From: Candidatus Poribacteria bacterium
GTDB lineage: Bacteria > Poribacteria > WGA-4E > PCPOR2b
Length of the DNA stretch: 64,000 nucleotides
Assembly (NCBI GenBank): GCA_965116925.1
Contig: OZ220744.1
Location: forward strand, 5,056,001 to 5,120,000
Reading direction: 5' to 3'
Shown here: one piece after another, positions 48,907 through 57,786 of the stretch
How positions within the stretch are numbered: the first letter of the stretch is position 1
Layout: the number at the start of each line of letters is the position of its first letter
Notes under the pieces: model-generated
Databases searched by the model: none
Told to the model about the DNA's origin: nothing
The model's input: the letters and a program-made list of their open reading frames with translations, nothing else
Program-made: the position numbers and the translations under genes

Positions 48907-49314
48907 TTAATCATCCAACATAAGCAGCGGGCGATTATACCGTGCTCGAATCCGATTTATCATCGACAGCACGCGTGGACGCGCAATAATCTTACGTTCT
49001 ACCCATCGCTTACCGGGGAAATCGCAAAGGATAACGCCGACAAGCGCGCTCAGAACACCTGGGCCCGGCGTAAATATCATGATGAATCCGGCAATCAAAA
49101 AAACCGTACCGCACACATTCTTCAAGAGGCGCAGAAACAGACGTAAAACAGGGTTCTTTATACGACTCACCCGTTTCTTCCGAGTGAAATAGTCCGGCGG
49201 TAACGAAATAAGCAGCAGCGAAATACTCGCAAGCGTTGCGAGAGTTGTAACAATAATAATTATAGGTAGAATTAGGAAAAACAACAGCCAGTGAGCTTTA
49301 ATAAATTCGATCAC
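48907..49314 (-). CDS. PGPGW-family transmembrane protein
   Basis: LPPDYF...KN..G...L.AG..M.FTPGPG.L motif. Confidence 0.8.
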   Translation of the reverse strand: MIEFIKAHWLLFFLILPIIIIVTTLATLASISLLLISLPPDYFTRKKRVSRIKNPVLRLFLRLLKNVCGTVFLIAGFIMIFTPGPGVLSALVGVILCDFPGKRWVERKIIARPRVLSMINRIRARYNRPLLMLDD

Positions 49315-49339
49315 AGATAATACTTCTTCTCTCCTTTTG

Positions 49340-49367
49340 GTAGGGAACGTAAATCGGCGTTCCTTAC
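49340..49367. repeat. GTAG-type REP palindrome
   Basis: GTAGGGAACG-TAAATCGG-CGTTCCTTAC. Confidence 0.55.
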
Positions 49368-49386
49368 TTTGTTCCCTAACTACTGT

Positions 49387-50160
49387 TCATCGGCGAGCGA
49401 CCGCACCACCGTCAAGTGTCATAATATCACCGCTTATATAAGCCGCCTCATCAGAGGCAAGAAATAGTACCGCGCCGATATAGTCCCATACAGTTGCGCG
49501 CCTATCTAACGGAGGAGCATCCGCTGGAGCGGGAAGCAGATCTGGCAAGGAATTATCTCGTGGTAGATTCTGCGGGGAATTGATGCCTGTAGGCGCACCG
49601 CCGCCGGGGGCAATCGCATTGACGGTAATCCCATAGGGACGCAATTCAAGGGCGAGGCTACGGGTCAGTCTGTTCAACGCCGCTTTGCTGACACAGTAAC
49701 TGAGGACGCCCTCGTGCGATTCTTCCGCAAAAATTGACGAGTTGTTGATAATGCGTCCACGAATCCCCTGCTCACGCATCACCTTCGCTGCAGCTTGGGC
49801 GCACAGCAGACACCCTGTAACGTTAACAGCCATGACACGATTGAAATCTTCAGCAGTTATTTCAAATAACTTGCCCCTGCCCAGAATGCCCGCATTATTG
49901 AACAAAATATCCAATCGTCCAAATGTTTCAACGGTGGTGTCAACAGCCGCTTGCACCTCCTCTGGAACGGTCACATCTAACGGTATAGCGATTGCCTGAC
50001 CCCCTTCGTTTTGAACCTCTGCGGCAACTGCATCCGCCATCCGTCCGCCCGCAACGACGACCGCTGCGCCTTCGCGCGCAAATGCCAGACATGCTGCCCT
50101 ACCGATCCCAAGCGGACCCCCGCCGCCTGTTACAAAAACAACCCGGTTTTCAAAGCGCAT
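49387..50160 (-). CDS. SDR family oxidoreductase
   Basis: TGGGGPLGIG, NNAG and YCVSK motifs. Confidence 0.92.
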   Translation of the reverse strand: MRFENRVVFVTGGGGPLGIGRAACLAFAREGAAVVVAGGRMADAVAAEVQNEGGQAIAIPLDVTVPEEVQAAVDTTVETFGRLDILFNNAGILGRGKLFEITAEDFNRVMAVNVTGCLLCAQAAAKVMREQGIRGRIINNSSIFAEESHEGVLSYCVSKAALNRLTRSLALELRPYGITVNAIAPGGGAPTGINSPQNLPRDNSLPDLLPAPADAPPLDRRATVWDYIGAVLFLASDEAAYISGDIMTLDGGAVARR

Positions 50161-50245
50161 CTTTCCCCTCCATCTTATATCAGCAGACCGCCGTTATGAT
50201 ACCACGCATGACCACCAACGTGCAATCAAAAATCGTGGTAATCCG

Positions 50246-50274
50246 TTGACGTTTTGGTTAGGGTGTGATAGGAT
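50246..50274 (+). promoter_or_regulatory. sigma70 promoter (extended -10)
   Basis: TTGACG-17 bp-TAGGAT, with TG upstream of the -10 box. Confidence 0.55.
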
Positions 50275-50321
50275 AGGAAAAAAGATTGGTGTATGTAAAA
50301 AGTAAAGCGCAAAACACGAAG

Positions 50322-50489
50322 AGAAACCGAGTTTTTTCGGCAAAACTCGGTTTCTGTTGGACTTCGCCCGTGCTTACCAAAGACTCGGTTCTGTTACACC
50401 CCGCCCGGATTTACTCTATAAACCCGTAGGCGGGGCATCTTGCCCCGCCCGTACTCCAAAGACTCGGTTCTGTTACACCATTTCTTAAC
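50322..50489. repeat. Repeat cluster: AGAAACCGAG palindrome plus 24-bp direct repeats (50377-50400, 50456-50479) flanking a GTAG REP
   Basis: CCAAAGACTCGGTTCTGTTACACC twice, around GTAGGCGGGGCATCTTGCCCCGCC. Confidence 0.75.
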
Positions 50490-52154
50490 ATGAACCAAAA
50501 GATTGAAGGAAGGAGATCGGTGGCGTTGAAAACATTCGCAGAAACACTCATCCAGATGTTGGATGATTTTGGTATTCGATATATTTTTGGCATCCCCAGT
50601 GGTCCTTGGACACCGTTTATGGAAGCGATGCGTCAAAGCAATGTAGAGTTTGTGTTGGTCAGCAATGAGGCATCCGCGGGGTTCATGGCTGATGTTTGTG
50701 CGCGGTTGACAGGCAAACCGGGGGTCTGTTACGGCACTTTTGGACCCGGTGCCACGAACCTGAGCACAGGAATCGCAAACGCGCTGCTGGATCGCTCCCC
50801 AGTGCTTGCCTTGACCTCACAGGTTCCAACAGCGATGCGGACGCGAATGACGCAGATGAAAATCGATCATCAGGCACTGTTTCAGCCAATTTCAAAGTGG
50901 ACTGCCGAACTTTCCGCCGACAACCTGCGTGAAACGGTAATCAAAGCCGTTGATATCGCCCGTCAAGAGGTTCCGGGTCCCGTCCATCTCGGCATCCCGT
51001 CGGAACTTGGGGATACACCTGTACCGGATTATGAAAACGTTGTCAGCGACATAATCAGTCATCAACACCGAGTTGTTACGCCTACCGCTGAATCAATACA
51101 GCAGGTAGAGCAGTTGATGAGATCTGCCAAAAAGCCGATTATCGCATTGGGTTTGAGTGTGACACGCGCTGATGCCCAAACAGTCGTAAACCAGTTTCTG
51201 GAGAAACAGGGTCTCCCTGTCATTCTTACACCGATGGCGAAGGGAATAATTTCTGAAGAAAGCCCATACTACGCCGGTGTCCTGTTCCACGCCCTCTCCG
51301 ATCAGGTTGCGAAGACGCACAGCGAGGCGGATCTGGTCATCGCTATCGGCTACGATGTCGTGGAATTCAATTACGAGGAGTGGTTGCCGAACGCCCCGGT
51401 CGTTCATATTGATACCGTTGCCGCCGATATTGATCCCGATTACGAGGTCTGCGAAATCATCGGTGATATCCGCCAAACGCTTGAGATGATGTTGCGTTTT
51501 CCAAAATTCGACTACGACTGGTGTGCTGAAGAACTCCAAGATCGCAAAAAGAAATTGTTCGCCGACCTTTCACCTGATACACCGAATTTCTCACCACACC
51601 ATGCCTTGAACATCTTGCGGGAGGTGCTCCCTGACGATGGGATTATGACGTGCGATGTCGGAGCGCATACCCACCTCATCGGACAGCTCTGGAAGACATA
51701 TCGTTGGGGCAATCAAATTATGACAAACGGGGGATCATCGATGGGGTTTGGGATTCCCTCAGCGATCGCTGCCAAGTTGTGCTGCCCAGATCGGCAGGTC
51801 GCCTGTGTGACCGGCGATGGTGGGTTTTTAATGATGGCAGGAGAGATGGCAACCGCTATCAATCTGGGAACCCCCGTCGTTTTTGTGATATTGACGGATC
51901 AGAATCTCCAGTTAATCAAAATTAAGCAGGAACGGAAAGGCTTTCCGCAATACGGCACACGCCTTTTCGGAGATGCCTATAACCCCGCCCACACCTATTT
52001 CGGCGTCCCAGTCCTTGTCGCAAAGGATGAAGAGACCTATCGATCCGCGCTGATCAAAGCGTTTGACATGAACGCGCCTGTCATTGTCGAAGCGTTTGTC
52101 GATCCAGCAGAATACGATGATTTAATCCTCAAACCGCACCGGGTGGAAGAATAA
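50490..52154 (+). CDS. Acetolactate synthase-like TPP enzyme
   Basis: FGIPSG, NEASAGFMA, GPGATN and GDGGFLM motifs; true start may be GTG 50520. Confidence 0.9.
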   Translation: MNQKIEGRRSVALKTFAETLIQMLDDFGIRYIFGIPSGPWTPFMEAMRQSNVEFVLVSNEASAGFMADVCARLTGKPGVCYGTFGPGATNLSTGIANALLDRSPVLALTSQVPTAMRTRMTQMKIDHQALFQPISKWTAELSADNLRETVIKAVDIARQEVPGPVHLGIPSELGDTPVPDYENVVSDIISHQHRVVTPTAESIQQVEQLMRSAKKPIIALGLSVTRADAQTVVNQFLEKQGLPVILTPMAKGIISEESPYYAGVLFHALSDQVAKTHSEADLVIAIGYDVVEFNYEEWLPNAPVVHIDTVAADIDPDYEVCEIIGDIRQTLEMMLRFPKFDYDWCAEELQDRKKKLFADLSPDTPNFSPHHALNILREVLPDDGIMTCDVGAHTHLIGQLWKTYRWGNQIMTNGGSSMGFGIPSAIAAKLCCPDRQVACVTGDGGFLMMAGEMATAINLGTPVVFVILTDQNLQLIKIKQERKGFPQYGTRLFGDAYNPAHTYFGVPVLVAKDEETYRSALIKAFDMNAPVIVEAFVDPAEYDDLILKPHRVEE

Positions 52155-52204
52155 TGCGTAACGAGTAACGCGTAAGATTGTTTCTTTACGCATTACGTAT
52201 TATG
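52152..52204. repeat. Inverted heptamer repeats (TAACGCG / TTACGCA)
   Basis: taatgcg taacgag taacgcg taa ... ttacgca ttacgta ttatg. Confidence 0.65.
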
Positions 52205-52236
52205 TGTTCGGGATTCAAAGCAGTCTGCGGTTGATT

Positions 52237-52343
52237 TATAGTGAATTTAAAAAATAAATAGACGCTTTCGCCCCCATGTTTGGTAGGTGCTGTTTCCAAC
52301 TGCGCCGGTTTTGACTGTCTCATTAATTCTCAGGTCCACTATA
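52237..52343. mobile_element. MITE-like element family A (107 bp)
   Basis: TATAGTGAATTTAAAAAATAAATAGAC...GTAGGTGCTGTTTCCAACTGCGCC...CATTAATTCTCAGGTCCACTATA. Confidence 0.8.
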
Positions 52344-52383
52344 AGTCACTAAAGGCTTATTCTCTACTTAGGGAGGGAAAGTT

Positions 52384-52620
52384 ATGGTTGCGTTGGTCTT
52401 CGGTTTTATTGCGCTAGTGATAATCGGGGCGGGGATACTCATTTCGAGGTTGGCTGAGATTGCCAAAACGGACAAGGGCAAGAAGACATGGATCTGGGGG
52501 ATTCTCATACTGATTGCGCTGATTGCGGTGCCCCTCCTTTTGTTGGGCGTCATCGTCAAGGTCGCACAGTATTCATCGGTGGCAGGTGTTTTTGAGAGTT
52601 TCGGTGGCTCTGATAATTAG
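52384..52620 (+). CDS. Small 2-TM membrane protein
   Basis: GGAGG RBS; two hydrophobic helices. Confidence 0.65.
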   Translation: MVALVFGFIALVIIGAGILISRLAEIAKTDKGKKTWIWGILILIALIAVPLLLLGVIVKVAQYSSVAGVFESFGGSDN

Positions 52621-52634
52621 GTTCTGTTGAGAAA

Positions 52635-52725
52635 GTAGTAGGCACACTCCGTGTGCCGTAACTCTGCGAACAAGTTCCTGACATCGCTCGTTCATCGTGT
52701 CCCATTAATTCTAAAATCTACTATA
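52635..52725. repeat. GTAG REP plus orphan right end of MITE family A
   Basis: GTAGTAGGCACACTCCGTGTGCCG; GTGTCCCATTAATTCTAAAATCTACTATA at 52697-52725. Confidence 0.65.
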
Positions 52726-52753
52726 AATGACCCTAAGATAAAGGAAAAAAGTG

Positions 52754-52782
52754 TTGACAACGCTAGGTTGATGTGAAACAAT
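52754..52782 (+). promoter_or_regulatory. sigma70 promoter
   Basis: TTGACA-17 bp-AACAAT with extended TG. Confidence 0.55.
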
Positions 52783-52788
52783 AGAAAA

Positions 52789-53030
52789 TTGGGACTGCTA
52801 AGCAAAGCTTAACAGCCCCAGTGGGGACTCCGAGTTAGTGGCTCGAAACCCCCCGAAGCAAAACGAGATACAGGCTCGAATCGCTTCATGATTGACAGGT
52901 GAACCAACACCTGACAATCTTTAATAGTATAACCCTTTATGCCAATCGTTTCGATCTAAAACAGAAGGGCTGCGCGATTCGGGTATTTCCGACGCTGCAG
53001 CCCTTTTTTATTTTAGGTCGTTTCGATGGC
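52789..53030 (+). ncRNA. Candidate structured leader/small RNA (four hairpins, then a long terminator-like stem)
   Basis: Stems TGGGACTGCTAAGC/GCTTAACAGCCCCA, CGAGTT/GGCTCG, GAAGC/GCTTC, CAGGTG/CACCTG and AAGGGCTGC/GCAGCCCTTTTTT. Confidence 0.4.
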
Positions 53031-53447
53031 AACAAGGTATTGACTATGTTAGCAACACAAAGGCGTTGGGTGTTGTTGATTTGTGCATCACTACTAGATG
53101 CTAAAGGGGGCGACAATTTTCGGTACAAAAGTTCATAGCTGGGGTGGGAGCGAGGGAGAATCCGGCGGGACAATCAGATATGATGGCTGGTGATCTAGCC
53201 GAAGCCGAAACAGCGACCGCGTTAGCCCTCAGCAGCCACCTTGACGCTAGCAATCTTGGGACGGTATAGGCAACTGCCCCTATAACGTCGGCAGTTCCTC
53301 TAAGTTGACAGTGACGGGGAAATAGGTGTTACCTTGAAAGCATTTCGTCCATACCTAAAGAAATATGAAATTGGCAGGGCTCGTGTGCAACCAGTTTTCT
53401 CCGAATCGTATTCTTAGTCATATTTTTTGCAAGCTAGGGAGGATTGG

Positions 53448-53732
53448 ATGAGCGACAAAAAAAATGACAACCCTTTGGGTTGCAAGCAAACTTGGGGGTT
53501 GATTAGTGCAGAGATGCTAAAAGCTCTCTTGGACAATCGTTTCTTGAGTGTGCCGTCAGCAGTATTTTTGTATCTCAGATTGAACGACGATGAGCATCTG
53601 AATTATCGAGAGGTGGCAGGGTGCCTCGGATTTCATGAAGCGAGTGTGTATCGAGCTGTCAAAGAACTTGCGGATGCTGGTCTTATTAAACGAAACAGAC
53701 GCGGGGACCTGAGTGCTTGCACCATTGATTGA
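53448..53732 (+). CDS. Small winged-HTH protein (RepL/MarR-like)
   Basis: GGAGG RBS; VFLYL...LNYREVAGCLGFHEASVYRAVKELADAGLIKR. Confidence 0.7.
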   Translation: MSDKKNDNPLGCKQTWGLISAEMLKALLDNRFLSVPSAVFLYLRLNDDEHLNYREVAGCLGFHEASVYRAVKELADAGLIKRNRRGDLSACTID

Positions 53733-53757
53733 CATACTCCCACACCCAAGGTGTAGG
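53729..53757 (-). mobile_element. IS200/IS605-like end hairpin relic
   Basis: TTGACATACTCCCACACCCAAGGTGTAGG, similar to TTGACGTACTCCCCCACCCTGAAGGGTGGGG at 36710. Confidence 0.4.
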
Positions 53758-53933
53758 CTCATGTAAAAAAAATGGTGCAACCGAAACCGATTGAGTTGTT
53801 GTGAAACAGGAATCTCCATTCCTTACTGGTTTAACTTTGTTCGCAACTCTGCGATGGACCCCGGTCCCCCCATTGCAATCGGAAGGTAAGTTTTAATAGG
53901 TAGTCCCGAATACTCTCAGCTCAGAAAATCCAC

Positions 53934-55201
53934 TCATTCACCCATCTGTCGAATCGCTTCCTCATAGATCTCCCTGAGCGGCACTCCATGTTGTTCAGCA
54001 AGCCGCTTGCAATCTTCATATTCGGGGACTGTTTTAATTAATTGGCCCTCCAAATATCCGCACTTCGCACGAACGGTTCCCCATTGCGTCTGGATGTCAA
54101 CAAAATCACGAGTCAGTTTGGATCGTTCGACAGTATAGGATCTGATGCCAAATGTCGTCGTTTCTAGGAGAAGCATTTCGCTCAATATATCACGGAGGGA
54201 CGGTGTACAAAGGAGGCTCAGTTTCGTCGCCGGACGGCCTTTCTTCATGAATATCGGCGTCATGAAGACATCGAGAGCACCCCGCTCAAAGAGTTGCTCC
54301 ATCAGGTAGCCTACAATCTCTGGCGACATATCGTCGAGGTTAGTTTCAATTACGCAGACCTGATCACCCTCGATAGTTTTTTTTTACCGACACACAGCCG
54401 CAAGAGGTTCGGTTGCTCCTCAAGGTCGCGTGTGCCGGCACCATAGCCAATTTGGTTGATGGTCATCTCTGGCATTGTACCGAATCCATCCGCAAGCGTC
54501 GTGATAATGGCTGCGCCGGTGGGGGTCACGAGCTCTTTTCGGATTTCGGTCTGTCGGACGGGCACGCCGCGCAACAACTCCATCGTCCCCGGTGCGGGGA
54601 CAGGCATGAATCCGTGGGCGCACCGAACAAAACCGCCGCCGAGCGATAGTGGAGAGGCATAAATCTCATCGACTGCTAGCAGATGTAGCCCAATAACAGC
54701 TCCAACGATGTCCACAATCGCATCAATGCCGCTGACTTCGTGCAGATGCACCTGATCTTTAGAAGTGTTGTGAACTTTCGCTTCCGCCGCTGCCAGTCGA
54801 TCAAAGATCTGCTTTGCGCGATCAATGATTACTGCATCAAGATCGCTATTGTCCAAGACGGCAAAAATATCGGACAGGTGACGGCTTGGACCGTGTGTGT
54901 GCGGGTGATCATGATGTTCGTGGCTATGGTCATGATCATGGTCGTGGGTGTGATGGTGATGTGCTGCTGGGGAATCGTTGTGGACGTGTGAATCTCCAGT
55001 CGAATCCTCTGTTTCCACGACCGCCCATGTGCCACTGATGCTGTGTTTCGTGGCTTCCTCGAAACGCAGCGTAAATTCGTCCAACTTCAACTTTGCCAAC
55101 TCTCCATTCAGTGCGTCCGGATCGACGCCTGCATTGACCAAGGCACCAAGCACCATATCTCCACTTATACCTGAGAAACAATCGAAATAAGCGATCTTCA
55201 A
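53934..55201 (-). CDS. larC: Nickel pincer cofactor biosynthesis protein LarC, split by a -1 frameshift at A9 (54377-54385)
   Basis: MKIAYFDCFSGISGDM, His-rich tract, HLHEV..IDAIVD and ELVTPTGA; the -1 frame continues TIEGDQVCVIETNLDDMSPE...MKKGRP...ETTTFGIR...PEYEDC. Confidence 0.92.
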
Positions 55202-55262
55202 TTTATTTTCCTTTTGGTTGGCAAACTTGAATGGGGGCTTTGTATATATTCTGTGGTGCAGC

Positions 55263-55296
55263 AGAAACCGAGTCTTTTCTTAAAAACTCGGTGTCT
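55263..55296. repeat. AGAAACCGAG...CTCGGTTTCT palindrome family copy
   Basis: AGAAACCGAGTCTTTTCTTAAAAACTCGGTGTCT; copies at 50322 and 56300, half copy near 20661. Confidence 0.7.
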
Positions 55297-55303
55297 CTCT
55301 GTG

Positions 55304-56230
55304 TTAGTACCCTAGCAACTCAATCCCTTCCCGATACGTCTGAGCCGATGTTTGCAACGCTTGGATTTCATCGTCTGTCAATTCGACTTCGATAATCTGT
55401 TCCACGCCATCCGCTCCCAATTTAATTGGGACGCCGATATATAGATCGTCAATACCGAACTGTCCTGTCAAATGCGCTGCACAAGGGATGAGCCGTTTTT
55501 TGTCGCGAATAATTGCATCCGCCATCTGAGCAAGCGAGGCACCCGCTGCGTAGTAACCACTCGTCTTCAGAAGATCGACCACTTCCGCACCGCCATCTCG
55601 TGTGCGCTGCGCCATTTCCTCAATTCGTTCAGCAGATATAAGTTGCGTAATTGGGATTCCGCCGACCGTTGTGTAACGCGGCAGAGGCACCATCGTATCT
55701 CCGTGTCCCCCCATCACGAGGGCGCTGATATCTTCAACGGACACACCCAGCTCAAGGGAGATGAAATAACGGAAGCGGGCTGAATCGAGTATACCCGCCT
55801 GCCCAACCACGCGGTTGGATGGGAATCCCGAAACCTTCCACGCGTGATAGGTCATGATGTCCAATGGGTTAGTCAACATCACAATAATACAATCCGGTGA
55901 GTGCTTCACAACGCTTTCTGTGACGCTGCCAACGATGTTCGCATTTGTTTGCAATAGGTCTTCGCGAGTCATTCCCGGCTTACGCGGCGAGCCAGAGGTG
56001 ATAATCACCACATCAGATCCCGCTGTCTCTTCGTAGCCTGTTGAGCCTGTGACACTTGCATCGAACATTTCAACTGGCGATGCCTGTGCCATATCCAGAC
56101 TCTTTCCTTGTGGAACGCCGTCGATGATATCTACCATGACGACATCACCAAGCTGCTTTTGTGCAATAAATAGTGCGGCAGTCGCGCCGACGTTTCCAGC
56201 ACCAATCACACTAATTTTTTTTCTAGCCAT
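55304..56230 (-). CDS. mdh: Malate dehydrogenase (LDH-like MDH)
   Basis: GAGNVG, PRKPGMTRED and LDSAR...GGHGD motifs. Confidence 0.95.
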   Translation of the reverse strand: MARKKISVIGAGNVGATAALFIAQKQLGDVVMVDIIDGVPQGKSLDMAQASPVEMFDASVTGSTGYEETAGSDVVIITSGSPRKPGMTREDLLQTNANIVGSVTESVVKHSPDCIIVMLTNPLDIMTYHAWKVSGFPSNRVVGQAGILDSARFRYFISLELGVSVEDISALVMGGHGDTMVPLPRYTTVGGIPITQLISAERIEEMAQRTRDGGAEVVDLLKTSGYYAAGASLAQMADAIIRDKKRLIPCAAHLTGQFGIDDLYIGVPIKLGADGVEQIIEVELTDDEIQALQTSAQTYREGIELLGY

Positions 56231-56279
56231 TCGTTTTCCCTATGATAGATTAGAGACTAAGCTATTTTATCGATTGCTC

Positions 56280-56451
56280 GTGTTAAGAAATCGTGCAACA
56301 GAAACCGAGTTTTTGCCAAAAACTCGGTTTCTCTTCAGCCTTTGCACTTTTTCTAAGCCCCGTAGATCGGATATCCTATCCTGATTTCATCAATGAACTA
56401 ATGAACCAATAATAGTTTGATGGTTTTCACGTTTCACGCATCACGTTTCAC
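56280..56451. repeat. Repeat cluster: palindrome family copy, REP-like element, 8-mer and 7-mer tandem repeats
   Basis: GTGTTAAGAAATCGTGCAACAGAAACCGAGTTTTTGCCAAAAACTCGGTTTCT; GTAGATCGGATATCCTATCC; AATGAACT repeats; 32-bp heptamer array. Confidence 0.7.
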
Positions 56452-57656
56452 GCTTCTGCCGCCACATATTCTTCCCAACGCGCCTCAACATTAGTATCCT
56501 CGACGGTCTCCATGATGTAGTCACCGAATGCCTCGCTGGTCGCACCTGTGCTGCGGCCGGTCATAACTACCTTGCGCTCGTACTGTCCACAGATGTCAAG
56601 GGCTTTATGCAGTTTTTGACCGAGTTCATCGAATCCAATATGTTCAAGCATCATGGCACCCGCACGGATGAGAGAACTTGGGTCAGCATACTGTGCCCTT
56701 CCCTCCTGCACCATTCGCGGGGCACTCCCGTGGATTGCCTCAAACATGGCAGCCTGTTTCCCGATGTTCGCGCTGCCGGCAGTGCCGACGCCGCCTTGGA
56801 TCTGGGCTGCCTCATCAGTCAAGATATCACCGTAGAGATTGGGGAGTACAAGCACCTGAAAATCCTGTTGACGCGCCGGATTTATCAGTGCCGCGGTCAT
56901 GATATCGATGTACCAACTATCCCATTCAATGTCCGGATATCGTTGTGCAATTTGACGGCCAAAGTCGAGGAACTTGCCATCGGTTGTTTTGACGATATTT
57001 GCCTTTGTGACGACCGTTACCTTAGTTCTGCCGGTACGTTTCGCGTGAGCGAAGGCTGCCTCAATAATCCGCTCAGATCCTTGGCTGGTGATAACGCGAA
57101 AATCTATCCCCAAGTCCTCGGTGACATTGATGCCTTGGCTGCCAAGCGCGTACATATCTTCAGTGTTCTCACGGAAGAAGGTCCAGTCAATGTTTTCAGC
57201 AGGCACGCGCACCGGGCGGACATTGGCGAATAGGTCCAATGCCTTACGCATGGAGACGTTCGCACTCTCTATATTGGGCCACCCATCCCCCTGTTCAGGC
57301 GTGTGCGTCGGTCCCTTTAGTGTTACATGGCACCCCTTGATTTCTTCAAGCACATCGTCCGGTATTGACTGCATCTGTGCAGCACGGTTTTCAATGGTAA
57401 GCCCTTCTATTACTCGAAACTCGACTTTCCCACTACTCACCGGGTCACGTAGAAGATATTCAAGCACACGCTGGGTTTCGGTGCTAATTGTCGGACCGAT
57501 GCCATCACCGCCGAGCATACCAACAATGATAGGCGAAATAGAACTATAATCCGTCCAATCTGGTTCTTGCTTGAGTCTCTCGACTCTCTCAAGCTGTTGC
57601 TGCAAAACGTTTCCAAAATGTTCTTTTGCAGTCTCAATTGCTGCTGAGTTGACCAA
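56448..57656 (-). CDS. icd: Isocitrate/isopropylmalate dehydrogenase family, likely isocitrate dehydrogenase
   Basis: GDGIGP, LKGP..TP, RENTE, NLYGDILTD and EAIHGSAP motifs; adjacent to mdh; TTG start after AGGAG. Confidence 0.75.
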   Translation of the reverse strand: MVNSAAIETAKEHFGNVLQQQLERVERLKQEPDWTDYSSISPIIVGMLGGDGIGPTISTETQRVLEYLLRDPVSSGKVEFRVIEGLTIENRAAQMQSIPDDVLEEIKGCHVTLKGPTHTPEQGDGWPNIESANVSMRKALDLFANVRPVRVPAENIDWTFFRENTEDMYALGSQGINVTEDLGIDFRVITSQGSERIIEAAFAHAKRTGRTKVTVVTKANIVKTTDGKFLDFGRQIAQRYPDIEWDSWYIDIMTAALINPARQQDFQVLVLPNLYGDILTDEAAQIQGGVGTAGSANIGKQAAMFEAIHGSAPRMVQEGRAQYADPSSLIRAGAMMLEHIGFDELGQKLHKALDICGQYERKVVMTGRSTGATSEAFGDYIMETVEDTNVEARWEEYVAAEA

Positions 57657-57786
57657 TCTGTACTCCTTTCTAAAAAACAACGGCTCAGATCACATGGTGA
57701 AAATAGACTACTAGGATTCCACTGCGAAGGTTAGCTGCGCCTGATTACTAATGAATGCTGAGACTCAAGTTTCCACCCATCATCAT

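Noticed and set aside
50377..50479. Two exact 24-bp direct repeats with a 55-bp spacer as a mini-CRISPR
   Set aside because: Only two units, the spacer is itself a REP, the repeat belongs to a dispersed family, and no cas genes are present
52899..53173. ORFs 52899-53138 (+) and 52937-53173 (-)
   Set aside because: No clear RBS or homology, and they run through a long stem-loop; a leader peptide cannot be fully excluded
53934..54329. Independent 131-aa gene
   Set aside because: LarC homology extends upstream of its ATG to the A9 slip site; treated as the larC C-terminal frame
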